Positions 23,207 to 36,670 are shown, counted from the stretch's first letter. The stretch is 64,000 bases of DNA from Callorhinchus milii (GCF_018977255.1 NW_024704742.1:111602001-111666000), one strand, 5' to 3'. Program-made: numbers and translations. Notes: a model not told the origin generated them from the sequence alone.

Positions 23207-25047
23207 AAATTTATGAAACTCAATTTCAGCATTGAGTGTAGTTAGCCATGCGAGTTTGATTTAAAAAAAAGTTCTAAATAGCAAGAATCTGTTGTACCAG
23301 ATGGGGACAGCTGATCTTTCATTTAATCAGATGGGTTCAATATCTTGTCCATTTGTTATAGCTTTGTTTCCATCATGATTCTTGTTCCTGCTGTATTGAG
23401 TTTCTCAGTTTGTTTAGGGGACAAAAGAGTCAGAGGCTACATCACTGAATGTGTTGGCATGGAAGCATGGAAATGTACCAAGGTCAGTCACTCTGTAAGG
23501 GCTCAAGCGAATTAGATGCATATTCATCCATTCCAAGTCATTACATCCTACTCACATGTATCTCTCTCAACTACATCTCTTTCCTTTTCCTACTCTCTTT
23601 AATGGACTATTCCTGCTGTTGATGTATATTTTGGGAATACTGGAAGATAGAAAAAGAACCAAAGTTCTCAGGTGGGTGGTTTGGGAGAGGGAGTATTGTC
23701 CCTACTTATCCAGCTGAACCATCCCTCCTGAATTTGTAATAATTCACAGATATATCATGAGCTGCATTATCACTGTCTTTTGAACAAAAAGATGACAGCG
23801 AAAGAAAGGAAAAACATAAAAAAAGTATATGTTTCAATGGAATTTGGTAATTGGATATACTTCACACTGTAATACAGTATTAATAATAATTATAATAATC
23901 CTTGCATTTGATATGGTGCCTTATCACTTCGTTGAACACATCTCAAGGTGTTTCCCAGGATATACTGTAAAGTGGATTGACAGTGAATTTTGTGTTCAAA
24001 ACTAGTTGTGAAATGCTTTTTATTTCAGTTGGGGGAAAACAGAATAATAGCTTTTCTAGTTAAAAAAAAGTAATTTCTTCAGTTACTGAATGATTGGGTT
24101 ATTTATAGCTCTGGACTCTGAGAGTACAAGTAAATAGTTAAGTGTTTCCTGAAGAGCTCACTGAATGTAATGTTTGTAATGCTCATGTGTTGTGCACATG
24201 ACTAAATACTAATACAGTTCTACTTATAGAGAAAAGCCAAGTGTAATCAGCCAAGGGATATGTAGATTATTAGGGTAGCATGAAGAGTTTCTGAGAAATG
24301 TTTGCAATAAAATCACTGGCAAGTTGTGTTGCCAGTTATACATTTAAAGTCATTTCTTAATCTTTTCGTCCAATTCAGGTGCAAGCTAAAATGCCCCAAC
24401 AACATTATACTAGTGAAATGTGTCATCTACTTTACTTATTCATTCAGGGAAAGACTATTATAATAATAAAATGGGACAATTTATGGATGAAAGTAATTTA
24501 AATCATCAAGGGGATTGTACAAAGTAGAGATAAAACTACTTTCAATTTGGGCAATTATTGTGTCAAAATCTCAAAGTGTTTCACAGGTAATTAATCTCAA
24601 GTGCAGTGACTGTTTTTTTTTGTAGGCAAACATAATGCAATTTGTGCCAGAAAACTCTCACAAACGCCACAAGGTGAATGACCAATTAACATGGAAAAAT
24701 AATCTGTCCAGACTCCCTTCTATTTCTGAATAGTGTCATGGAATCTTTAACATCCATTCACCTGAATAGGCAGATAGGAGACTGATTTAGTGTCCAATTC
24801 AACAGACTGTATCATTGACAATGGAGCACTGAATAGACAGCTATTTCCGCTTAGCTTTGTTGCTGTTGTTGTTGTTGTTCAGTAGGTGAAAATATCTATT
24901 ATTTTCTGTTTTTGACTCTCCTACCTAGGACTCAGTATTGTCAGTTTCCCACATGCTCAAGTGTCTCTTGCTTTGGTTAATGATCAGTTAGTTGTTCACT
25001 TTTCTTGCCTCTTCTCACATCCATTTGGATACATTGCTTGTGATTAT

Positions 25048-25374
25048 GGAGTCCTGTAGCTCAGTGGTTAGAGCACTCACTTTGCAAGCGAGAGACCTGA
25101 GTTCAATTCCAGACAGAGGGCGAAACTTTGGGCAAGTTTCCTTACTCCACACAGAGCCTAATAATAATCCCTCCAAAACCAAAAACAATAATAAAATTGG
25201 TCATTTTCAATCTACGACTGTTTGTGGGACATTGCTGTGCGCAACTGGCTGCCGCGTTCGCCCACAAATATACAGTCAATTCACTTTACAGTGTGTTCTG
25301 TGAAGCGCTTTGGGACATCCTCCCGACGTGAAAAGCGCTATATCAAATGCAAGGATTATTATTATTATTATTAT
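25048..25374 (+). mobile_element. Young tRNA-derived SINE, full length (CTCCC-loop tail)
   Basis: Complete head, body and tail gtgaagcgctttgggacatcctcccgacgtgaaaagcgctatatcaaatgcaagg(att)n. Confidence 0.95.
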
Positions 25375-25467
25375 ATGGCTGTCATTAATATGTTCATTCA
25401 AAGCGAACAACAAGTTTGGGTCCTATCTGAATCTGCCTTCAGATGGAATGCAATGTCTAAAGTTTAG

Positions 25468-25842
25468 AAACCCGTAGCTTAGCAGTTAGAGCACTCGCCT
25501 TGCAAGTGAGAGGACCTGGGTTTGATTCGTTAGGCAGGGTGAAATGTTAGGCAAGTTTTCTTACTCCAAATGCTTCTGTTTACCTAGCAGTAAGTAGGAA
25601 GCCAAGTAAGTTAGTCGATTGGTGGATCATTTTTCCGTGGGCAATAATCCCTTCTCAAAAAAATTCTGTTAGTTAATCCATGAATGTTTGTGGGACACTG
25701 CTGCGCGCAATTGGCTGCTTTGTTTCCCGCACAAAACATACAGTCAATTCACTTTACAGTATATTCTGCGAAGCACTTTGAGACGTCTAGAAGACATGAT
25801 AAGGCACTATATCATATCAAAGGATTATTATTAGATTATTAT
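25468..25842 (+). mobile_element. tRNA-derived SINE, long form with extra internal segment
   Basis: Same head and tail as the young SINE, with an additional ~70 nt (ttctgtttacctagcagtaagtaggaa..gttagtcgatt). Confidence 0.88.
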
Positions 25843-26004
25843 AGAAGGCAGTATGAGTCCCGACTGGAAACAAATTGTCAAGAGATCATCTATCTAACAA
25901 TATAGGGAAGCAGTGAAGAGAAAGATTATTTCAAAGTCATGGTCCACCAAAAAGAGTAACACTGTAAAACTGGCAGAGAGATATATAGAGACTCAGGAGA
26001 GCAG

Positions 26005-26150
26005 AGGCCTGATATTTCTCATAGTCTTAAAAAGATCCACAGAAAGCCAGCTCCCAGAGTAAGACTGCACTTATGAATTTTCCAAACTTCTGCACAATCT
26101 TAATTTTTAAGACATTGATCTTAAGGCTAAGACTATGAGAACCTCAGAAT
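26005..26150. mobile_element. Element related to the palindromic MITE-like family
   Basis: Inverted repeat ctcatagtctta / taagactatgag; the interior is the reverse complement of the cagaatttgggaaattctta..agtctta..agctg.ttttctg core of copies 1 and 2; also matches 46511-46570. Confidence 0.55.
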
Positions 26151-27104
26151 TCTTAGCCTTTTCTGTTCAAAACCTCTACCAATTTGACATGATAACTACT
26201 TATGGTAGTTAATTCAATTAACTGACAGTTTTACAGCAACTACTGCTGAGGATTATTTGTTAACCATTTCAGTAATTTAATTTGGCTGCTTTTGAACAAT
26301 TTCCCCAGTGGATTCAAGTGATTATTTTTGCCTTTTTGAGTNAAAAAGGATGAAGTGTGTGCTGTTACATTCGGAGAACGAAAGAGAGAAAAAATTAACC
26401 CCCCCCCAAACATGTTGGGGAATTGCACAGTTAAATTGAATTATTCACTTTGTTACAGGTAAACAATCAAATATCCTCCGTCCCACTCCAGGAATGAATT
26501 TAGATTAGTGTTAACATCAAACATATGCCGAACATCATGCCATAATACCCATCCTTCCACCCATTTTCAGCTCTATGTATCTAATTATCACTCACTTGGA
26601 AATGTCAACTGGAATGTCACCTCCCTAGAAAAGATAGGTCAGTTTGCTGAATCTGAAAGCTTCATTTTCAGAACATCTGTTTTACTTCTTGATTTTTTTT
26701 CCAAATGATTACTTATCAAAAAAGACAACATCACAGATAAAGTCACAGTTTAAGTGTTGCATGTTTATTTGTTTTACTTTGAGATTGGCCAGATGTACTA
26801 CAAACTTATGCATTTCTATGTTCCTAGGTGTTTGGAATTATTTACCAAGTACTTCTATCTTTGTGTCAGCTTCTGTTTTTCCTTGGTGAAGGTTTCTCTC
26901 ACACCCTAGATACTGTCTGTGATTGTAGACAATCTGTTACCAATTGCACTCCAATGTTGCTCTGACACCAGCAGGAGGTAAATGAGAATCTAAGAGGTTG
27001 ACCAGATAATTGCCCCATTGTGCTAGGATTTGTTTGAATTCCTGGGAATCTATGAACAAATGTGCTTCAGAATTTGTATTGGAATGGAGTTCCTCTTGAT
27101 GTGC

Positions 27105-27487
27105 CATGCATTCAAGCCCCGTTTCAGGACTTGAACTGATCCTCCAATGCAGTGCTGGGGATGTGCTGCATTGTCAGAGGTGCCATCCTTGAGATGAATG
27201 TTAAACCATGGGGCCTGTCTGCCTGTTCCGATGCACATTAAAGATACCGTGACACAATGTGAAAAGAGAAGGGAGTTTCTCTTGGTGGCCTAGCCAACAA
27301 TCTCCCAAATAAATTTGATCATTCACTTTGTGGCTGTTTGTGGAAGATTGCTGTGTGCAAATTGACTTCTGTTTTTGGCTACACAAAATGCAGTTATAAT
27401 ACTTTACAGTATCTTGTGAGAAGCTCTTTGACATGCTTCCCAATGTGAAAGGCACTGTATCAAATGTAAGGATGATTATTATTATAA
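27105..27487 (+). mobile_element. Old DeuSINE-like element
   Basis: gtgctgcattgtcagaggtgccatccttgagatgaatgttaaaccatggggcctgtctgcctgttc..gctgtttgtgg..tail. Confidence 0.82.
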
Positions 27488-30049
27488 TGCAAAATCTTGG
27501 CAAACCCTCTTAGCAATGGCCAGTGACTGTCTGTAACAGATTGGGCACCAGCAATTTTAATCCATTCATCTCAGTGCATATTAATCTATTGGCTTATAGT
27601 GCTCTCTCTCAATAGCGCTGTTAAGCTATGATACTTTTCCCTCCCTACCCTTCCGGGGTGATATTTTATCTGCCAGAGAGGCTTGGTAGTGTGTACTGGC
27701 AGCAGTTGCAGTAAACAATGAATTTACTGCATCAAGTATGTGCTCTTCTTTTGGTGTTGCTCTGATTGACAGGAGGCAACATGAGACCTGTGGGATATGG
27801 AGCTCTGCTAATATGCAATACTCAACTAGCAGCCCAACTATAGGCTGCTAGTCTGACTTAATGAAGCTGTGCTTGGGAATACAACTTTACCAGGCCACAC
27901 AAATGTGCAATTGTCATTCAAATATACGTCAGTTATTTTTGTACAGCTTCATTACACATCCTATATAGTAAATATGTTAACACATTACAACAGCTTCAGT
28001 GAAATGCTCATAAAATTATCAATTTAATAAGGATGTAGAAAATTTGAGCTAGAATGGGCTGGCATAACGTTATGAGTCCCCATAGGGTCCCTATATTTTC
28101 CAGTTTGTAGAAGTTACAGAATTACTACAAATTGGATATTACTGTTTATGGCCATAACAGTTGTCTGTGCTATGGACTTTTTATTTAGTCACTTCAGTTT
28201 GATCCATGTTTTATGTTAAGTTACCATTGTAATGTCAAACATTTGGTACAGGCACAAAGGGCCAAATGACCCCATTCTTTGCAGAAAATGTCTTGGGTTT
28301 ATTTGTCATTAATGCTAAACTTATTGCACCGTTCAGGTAATTGAGTGTGCTCTGTAGGTAAGAGGTTAATAGAGTGAAAAAATAAATAATTCCCTGTATC
28401 TTATGATAGTAAAAAAGAGAACTCCCTGGTCAGCTATAGTATGGATAAATAATAAAGCTGAAGGGTGTCAAGTAGGGTGCTTACTATTAATAGGGAAATG
28501 GTATCATAGTCGTTTTTATAGTCATTAATTTAATGATTTTTTCAATCCTTAAGTACTCAAGGGACCCATTATAGGTTAACTGGATCCTCTTAGCTTCAGA
28601 TATTAAGGGCTGAATATATCTGAATACTGCATATGGAGTAATGTTGAAAATCCTTGATTATTTAACATATTTATCTCAGTGTTGCTTTAAAAATATCTTT
28701 TCAGACTATTTTCTGCTGCTTTATTAAGAAGATCCATACTTCATACAGGGTCCTGCTTATCTCATGCTAGTTGTGATTTGTAACATTTTTTTGATTACTG
28801 AAGTTAAATGAATCACAAAAAAATGCATGTGCTTCCTTTAAAGTGGAACCTATAATTTTTGTTTCACAGTAAGTTCAATTATTATAATCCTTCAGTAATT
28901 GTGTATGAATTGGACATAGAACATTGTTGTGGAGTTTTAATGTGACAACTGTAGTAGCCATTCAAAGATCTGAAATGGATTTATTGAATCTCTCAGAAAC
29001 TTCATTGTATCAATTATTTAAAAATAATATGTTGGAATTTTCCTGTAATCTCACCAAGGGATTTAGATGAACAAGATGAAGGTCATAAACCCTTTACAAT
29101 TCATGACATAATTTGAACCCATCAGTGACATAACTGCTTTGCAATGACTCTTTGTCATTGTTTCGCGATGAAAATGATGAGCTGGAATTATCCTCTTTAT
29201 GTTCATTGTACTGAATAATAAATAATTTGTGCATTTAGTTTAGCATTTTTAATGTTGCTTTTCAAATCTAAAAATGATACACAGGATTTACTTTAAAGTG
29301 TAGTGACGTGTATTTTGTAGGCCAACGTGGCAGCCATTTTGTGCAAACAATGTCCCCAAAACATCCATGAAGTGAATGACCAATTTTACCTGGATTATTG
29401 GCCAGGACACTGGGAGAAACTAGTGGTGCTTTGACATTTATACAGCAGGTTATTTTTTCTCTCACCAATTTTCTCCCCCTCTTTCTCCACTGAAGGCATT
29501 CAATTCCCTTTCACTTTGTTAGATGAACAGACACTATCCTCCCTCACCCTCTAGTGTCTTGACAGTGACTGCTGATTAACTATTTTCCTATGAGATAATT
29601 GTAGTTTAGATTGAGTAACTCAGCATAGAGTAACTTATGCAGACTGGTGAACCAGTCTGCATGGCTGAGCTATTCACTGAATAAATTTGTTGAGCCATTA
29701 AACATATCAGAACAGTGCCTTCTACTGAATTAGGGAACCCCATGTCAGAAAGGATGCTGATCTCTGGTATTCACTATGGTACCAGTTGGTGACTCTTCCA
29801 ATTGCAGTTAGCAAGATTGCAGGCAGTAATCTGTTCAGGCAGATACTGAAATGAATGGGAATCATCTAGAAGGAAAACTATAAAAATGTTGCTTTAGGAA
29901 ACTTTAATGAAGTCAAGTTTGTTTTGGATGTTTAGGTGCAAGATGATACACCTGTGCCTCAGGTCTTATCAGTATTATGCTGAGCGCAATAACCCTAACG
30001 TGCTTAAAGGAGTGGTGAAACAAAAAAGATCACAAAATATTAACAGCTT

Positions 30050-30105
30050 TAATATTCAGATGCTGATCGACCTGATGTGCCTTCCAACATTTTCTGTTTC
30101 TATTA
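30050..30105 (+). mobile_element. Possible Penelope-like terminal relic
   Basis: cagatgctgatcgacctgatgtgccttccaacattttctgttt resembles a recalled chondrichthyan Penelope-like end motif. Confidence 0.35.
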
Positions 30106-30409
30106 TTCTGCTCATGACAAGCTGATGTTAAAACAATAGCACAAATGCCTTGGCGTATTATATCACAGTGTGGGGTTATTTTCCTTCTGTCAGTAAAATT
30201 TACACATGAATAATGATAGAAGGAAAATCTGAGTGGAAGCAGTATGACCGGTTAGTTCCTCTAAAATGAAAGTCCCAGGTTTCCTCTTAGCACTACTGGT
30301 GGTTTCAAGAAACAGAGAATAAAATTTAATTAACCAATAAGCCAATAAAATCAGCTACCTGTGAATAACCAAATGAGGTATTGCAATATGGTTATTTTGT
30401 TCATCCCAC

Positions 30410-30840
30410 TTAATGAAGAATGTCAAGACATAGAGAGGGTGCAGAGGAAATTTATTAGGAATATACCAAGGATGAGCACTTTGAACTGTGAGCAGAGAAG
30501 TTCAGGGAAAATCAGATAGAAATCTTTAAAATCATGACAGCTTTTGATAGAGCAGATCGGGAGAAATTATTTCTACTGGTTGGTGAGTCATTGACTAGAA
30601 GGCATAAATTTTAATTAGCAAGGTAGTAAAGGGTACAATTAGAAGGAATTGTTTTACAGAGTGTTGATAGGAAGCGGAACACCATTTTGGGTGCGAAGCA
30701 GGATCCGTATTAAATTTCAAGAAGTGAAGTAGATAGATAGTTAAAAAGTCATAATTTGAAGAGGTATAAGGAAAAGCTGTGTAAATAGGGCTCTTTCAAA
30801 GAGCCAGACAGGATGGACTGTGTGACCTTTTTCTGTGTTG
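30410..30840 (+). mobile_element. CR1-clade LINE 3' fragment, degenerate
   Basis: gagagggtgcagaggaaatttattaggaat..actagaaggcataaattt..gggctctttcaaagagcca. Confidence 0.75.
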
Positions 30841-33139
30841 GGGAAAATGCACAATCTTTATGCAGTGTTGAATTTGTGCATGTCATTTTTGGATATGGTT
30901 ATCATGTTAATGGAAAAAGGAGAGGGAGAGGGAATGAGTGGAGGCAAGCGGTCACAGGTAGAGAAGTCTCCATATGTGACCCTTTCCATGAGTGAAGGTC
31001 TATATGAACCTTGCTGGCTATGAGCAGTGTCTGCAGAGCCATAGGCTTTCCTGTTGGGCAGTTATGTTTACTAGTAGAGGACTTCAGTAGCCCAGACAGC
31101 TCACGCACTGTGGCAGTAAATGTCATTAGATTCCTGACCTGTTTGAGTGAACTCATTTCAGATATTGCCCAGGAATTTAGTGGTCATTGCAATATCCTAG
31201 ATGGTAATAGGCCAAAAACATTTGGATACTGCTCTCAGACGATCTCCTGTTGGACACTAGCAACCTTTCTGTTAGATTGAAGACCAAGCAGAGTACAGGA
31301 TGGTTGGCAGAGACACAATTAAGTAATTACAGCACGTAATCCTATTATCAATATTAGACATTATTGTTCAGGTAAACTGAATAGAATAAGCAAAGATGAA
31401 TGGACACTTTCACATGTTGACTGTGGCTCTGAAGCTCATCCTGAACTTTCACTGTCCCATTCAAGAAGAATCTTCAGTATGTGTTAACTCTCTCAGACAC
31501 ACACTATAAAAGTACACCTTCTAATTAGAATGCGGCTTCTGATACAAAAATAAAACTCCATATAATGAATTTTGTCAATGTGCTGTTTGCTATTACCTTC
31601 TCATTGTTAGGTTGAAATTTGTGGCATTTCGCACAGCATCTGTTTCAAACAGGACAAATTTTATGCCTATATCTTCGTTTCAATCTGTGCTCTGAATATA
31701 CATATTTCATATGAACAGGCAGGTGTAAAGAAGAAAAACTGCACCTGCAAACAGAACATTGTTCTTCGTGCCATTTACTCAGAAGTTTTTTGATTATTTC
31801 TGCAGTATGAATAGACATCGATAACGTATGGTTTGTGAGTTTACATGTCTGACCTCTGCTCCTTGTTCTGGGGTTTCTGCCAATCACAGAGTGGGAAAGC
31901 AGAAGTGAGGAGCACAGTTCTTTGTCATGCTATCTTTAATTATCGCACCATCATGCACATAGTGTTCAGCACTGGTCTTGGGATTGTTTTACCACAGTTT
32001 TGCTGAGCTATATGACAGTAGAAAACTATGTTAGCCCTTGGCACTGCAACAAAGTGATTTACTTTATTTTTAATATAAGACTTGGTGTCAGTTCTGCATG
32101 AATAAGTCCACAAGGACAATTTGCAAAGGTATGCAAAGGTTTCATCACCCATGTGAAATGTTTCCGAGATGGGACAAATGGTCTTTTGCAGGTCCTACCT
32201 TCTGCTTGATTGATTCATAGTGTACCAAAGAATATTTCCCCTAAAGCACACATTGTGCCGTCTGCAAAAATCATTCAGTGCTGCTGGCTAGCAGCTACGA
32301 CGCCTTTAAAAATTGGTATGATTGTGTTTCTCTTGATATTTATCCTTTGTCAATACTTGTGTCTCCTACAGTGAAAAACAACACTGTAAATAAAACACAG
32401 AGATCAAAAATCCATAACAATTCTTCGCATAGTCATCCATAGCAAGACTCAGATTTCACCACCGACATTGTCTCATCTTCATCTGTATCTGGTTTTGAAA
32501 GTTTGACCCTGTCTTTTATACAAATGGTGCAAATTCTGCTCATGTCTCATTGATGTGAATTGAATCTTTCTGTTGAGAATTACTGCTCATTTATGCACAG
32601 CAGGTGATTACTTCACTAACCTGGCCACAAATGGTAATTTTCTCGGATGATGTATAATGTGGCCCTGTTGATCTCTGTGAAACATGCTTTCAAAATCTGT
32701 TCCTTGAAGCTAAACGCAACCACATTGCAGGATCTTCACCCCCTCACAATTTGTGACAATATTCTGGCAGCTGTATGCTATTTTTCTGAGAGATATGCAC
32801 AATTTATTTGGCTGCTGTATTTATCCAAGATACTAAAATAATGAATGTCAGCTCCTCCATCACCAGCACAGCTTGTCATACTCTCAATTATTATCTGCTC
32901 TGCAATGTGAGCATTCAGCTTACCCAATTTACCGTGCCATACAAAGAACCTCATGTGAGCCATACAAACCCAGATGTGAGGGAACTGGTACCTTTTGCCT
33001 GTGTAAACTATATCTTAAAGTTTAAAAAGATCAGCCACCACTTCCCTGCATTGCCCAATATACTTATTAGATTAAAAGGAACGTTTAGCAAATTCTTCAC
33101 TATATTTATTCCCCCCCATGAAAAAATATTACATGATTC

Positions 33140-33475
33140 TACAAGAATGTCTCAAAGTGCCTGAAATCAAGATGAGTTTTAACGCTAAACTATTTGTCAC
33201 ATGCCCATAATAAAACCAATGCATAACAATGTCCCACAAACTGTGAAAAACATTTATTTTTGAATAGTCCTGGGGAATCTTCAATATCCACCTGAGCAGG
33301 CAGATGGGACCTTGGTTTTATGACTCACCCGAAAGACACCTGCAGCAATGCAGCACAATCTCAGTACTGCATTGCAGAGTCAGCCAAGACATCTGAGTTC
33401 AAAGACCCGCCATGAGGTTTAAACCCATAATCTCCTGACTGAGAGATGAGAGTATTACCATGGAGTCAGGTTGAC
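33140..33475 (-). mobile_element. Old DeuSINE-like element
   Basis: atccacctgagcaggcagatgggaccttggttt..gcaatgcagcac..ctcagtactgcattg..ctgactgagagatgagagt. Confidence 0.75.
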
Positions 33476-34267
33476 TTTACATAAATTGTTTCAATTAGAT
33501 GTATGGGGAAGAGAGATGAGTGTATCTAAATGAAATATTTTTATCCTTCATTTTAATTTGTGGTTATTTGTATGCTATTGAGTTTACACTCCTTGTGCAT
33601 TAAATCCAACAATGGATTTCAATGACAAGCCACTTGGTTTTAACTGTTTAAACTACAGCACTACCCCAACACAGACTCTGCACCCCCCATGCTTTGACTC
33701 TTGCCGACCTGCACCTAATAGTCTCTAGAATTAGGTAAGCATGGGCCATCGCTTGGGAGAGAGAGTGTGTATTCCATTCCAGATAGAGGGACATTTTCTT
33801 GCATAGGTCTATACATATCTATACATACGCAGATCTCTCAGTTTTATTTGGATACTCTTAGGTATGGTGATCACAAGGCAGTCAGGGTTGAACCTGACAT
33901 GTGTCAGACACTGGCTGAACAAAAAAAATTTCATTTCAATGTCACTTTATAATTAGCTTTGAGATAACAAAGTACTTTTAGCCACAATAACATATCATGA
34001 TTTAGGGCACAAACATTTAAACAGTGCTGTAATGACTGAAAATGTCTTACTGCTGAATTCAAATTAAATATTAATACAATGGTTTGCAGCGTAAAACTCT
34101 ACAGTTCATAGCAGGGAGATTCTACTTCCATCAAATGCTGTATTACATTAAAAATATAAAAGCATTAGATTGTGGAAGACATATGATATATTTTGGAAGT
34201 ACTTACGTTATATACTGAAAATAATCCAAAGTGTAAGGCACATTGGAGTGAAATTTGTGACCCCCCC

Positions 34268-36670
34268 CAACAACAATTTGTATTTATATAGCACCATCAC
34301 CCAGGGCAGCGTCCCAGCATGACTCTGAGTCAGAGATCGGGGAGATGACTGTAGGCATGGTTTAAGATAAAGGTTTTCAGTCATGACCTGAAGATGAGGA
34401 AGGAAGGGTCAAGGTGAAAGGATAGAGGAAGTGTGTTCCAGAGTTTTGGGGCGTAGTGGCTGAAAGCGCGGTTGATGAAGCTAGGGAGACCAGCAAAGAG
34501 GGCATTTGAAAAGTCGAGTCGGGAAGTGATGAACGCATGGATGAGTGTTTCCACTGCGCCTGGGATAAGATATGGTCAGAGGGAGAGGTGGAGGAAGGAG
34601 GTCCTGGTCAGGGACTAGATGTGGGAAAGGAAGGAGAGCTGTGGGTTGAACCTGACGCCTAGGTTTGGTAAGTCTGAGGGATAGATCAGGGACATTGAGG
34701 AAGTCAGAGCTGCAGGATAGAAGACATTGATGGGAGCCAATGGATATGGCTTCTGTCTTGTCAACATTTAGTTGTAGGAAGTTTTCACTCATCCAGGCCT
34801 GTGTGTTTGCAGACAAGCCGACAGAACATTGGCAGACCTGGAGTCCCAGCTGGAGGAGAAGTAGATTTGTGTGTCATCCGCATACATGTAGAAGTTTACC
34901 CCATATCTGTGGATCACATTTCCAAGAGGGAGCATATAGATGAGGAAGAGGAGGGTGCCAAGAATGGAGCCTTGGGATACACCACAGGTGATGGGGTGAG
35001 GGCAGGAGGAGAAACCGTTTGAAGAGATAAAGTAAAGAAGGTTTGTTAGGTAGGACTCGAACCAGGCGAGTGCGGTCCCACTAAGGTGGATGAGGGAGGA
35101 GAGGCGGTGGATGGTGTTGTAAGATTATATTTGTGGTCTTTAATGTTTTTTAAGGCTTTTAATTAATCTTTATACACATTTAGATTGTAACCTACCCATA
35201 ATCCGTTAATAAGGTTTGTTTGATTTAATGACTAGCTTAACAGGGGTTAAAAGTAGCTTCGCTGAACCGGTTGTGGTCAGCTTCTGATTAAAAGGCTACA
35301 ACCTCAACACCTGCCTATCTCAAGGCTGAACAACAAGCAGGCTGTGGAAGGCTGCCCAGAAGTTGTCCATGTCTCGCTCTCTGCAAAGCAGCCTGCAAAG
35401 GGTTGGGCCTATCTCTGTGACAAGGGGAGGTGGAGTTAGAAATGCATAAACGAAAGATGTAACTTTGAAATAGTTGGAGTTGTGTAGAGGGTCAGTGCAC
35501 TTCCAAGTGGAATCGATATCGATTCTACTGTATCTGTGGTCTCAGTTATATGCGAGTCAACGATCACGAGAATTTCGACCGATCAATTCAAGGGACCGGA
35601 TAAGAGAACTGTAGATGTACAGGGGTGAGGGGATTTCTCTCCAGTAAGAAAGTGACCATTAAAAGGGAAAGAGGAGGAGTAGCAAGCTCCATAAGGAAAG
35701 AGGGCTTTCTCCAGTCGGAGTGTGGTGTTATCATGGGTAATATACATTTCAGTTGTTATGTTGGATAAAACTGTATGCTGATATGATAATATAATATCAA
35801 CATTAATGCAGAGACTGTTGCTGCTTGTGTGTGAATAAAAGACCTTTTCTTTGAATCTTTGTGTCAACTCGCATTAAGTAAACTCGTGCTCTGGCAAACC
35901 TAACAGTGTGGGCGACTGTGTCAAATGCGGCGGAGATATCCAGGAGGATGAGGAGGCAGAGGGAGCCCAAACAAGAGAGAGGACATTGTTTGTGACCTTG
36001 ACAAGCACTGCCTCTGTGCTATGGGCAAGGTGGAAACCAGACTGGAGGGGTTTGTAGAGGGAGTGGAGGGAGAGGTGAGAGTTTGCTAGTTAGTGACAAC
36101 GTGTTCCAGAGCTTTGGCAAGGAGGGGCAGGTTGGAAATGGAATGGTAATTTGTGATGTTGGAGGGCTCAAAGGTGCGTTTTTTGAGGAGGGGGTTGATG
36201 ACAGCAGTTTTAAGGGGGAGAGGAACAGAACCTGAGGCACTGTCAGCCAGCAGCAGGTAGAGGAGGGGGAGTTAGGTGACCAGCAACTAGGTGGGGAGGG
36301 GGTCATCGGGGAGATGGTGGTTGAGAGGAAGGTGGATACTACCCCGCGTGCAGAGCGCTATGCAAATACAAGTTGTTGTTTTTGAATAATTGGGACAAAA
36401 GAGTGTAGGGACGGGGGAGTGGTAGGGGCCATGGTGGAAAGAGGGGGTGGTGTAGACGGTCTGGGGTGGTGCAGATGGGGACACAGTGAAGGAGGATGCA
36501 GCCAAGTGGATATTTTTAATCTTTGACATAAAGAAGTCTAGGACCTCTTTGCACTTGCCATTTGAATTGAGGATGGAGGCAGTTTGGGGTAATTCGCTGA
36601 GGAAGTGATGGATGGTGGAAAACAGTGTCTCTGGGTTGTTGTTAGCTTCCAAAATGGTTTTGGAGCAGTG
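34268..36670 (-). mobile_element. L2 LINE fragment, degenerate, interrupted by a solo LTR and a short opposite-strand L2 tail (~36343-36380)
   Basis: Translations QAWMSENFLQLNVDKTEAI.IGS and EANNNPETLFSTIHHFL..CKEVLDFFMSKIKNI; RT core ends read across the LTR. Confidence 0.88.
35118..35905 (+). mobile_element. Solo LTR, 788 bp (Gypsy or ERV type)
   Basis: Starts TGTAAG and ends CTAACA (TG..CA, imperfect terminal IR); flanked by 4-bp direct repeat GTGT (35114-35117, 35906-35909); AATAAA at ~35834; L2 sequence rejoins across it. Confidence 0.85.

Noticed and set aside
25048..25125. tRNA-Ala(TGC) gene (also at 13315-13391, 52515-52591, 57865-57940)
   Set aside because: Each cloverleaf continues into the same ~250-bp body and (TTA)n tail with no nearby poly-T terminator; these are SINE heads.
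31011..31280. 89-aa ORF as a host exon
   Set aside because: No recognisable homology and no convincing splice acceptor; length is compatible with chance.
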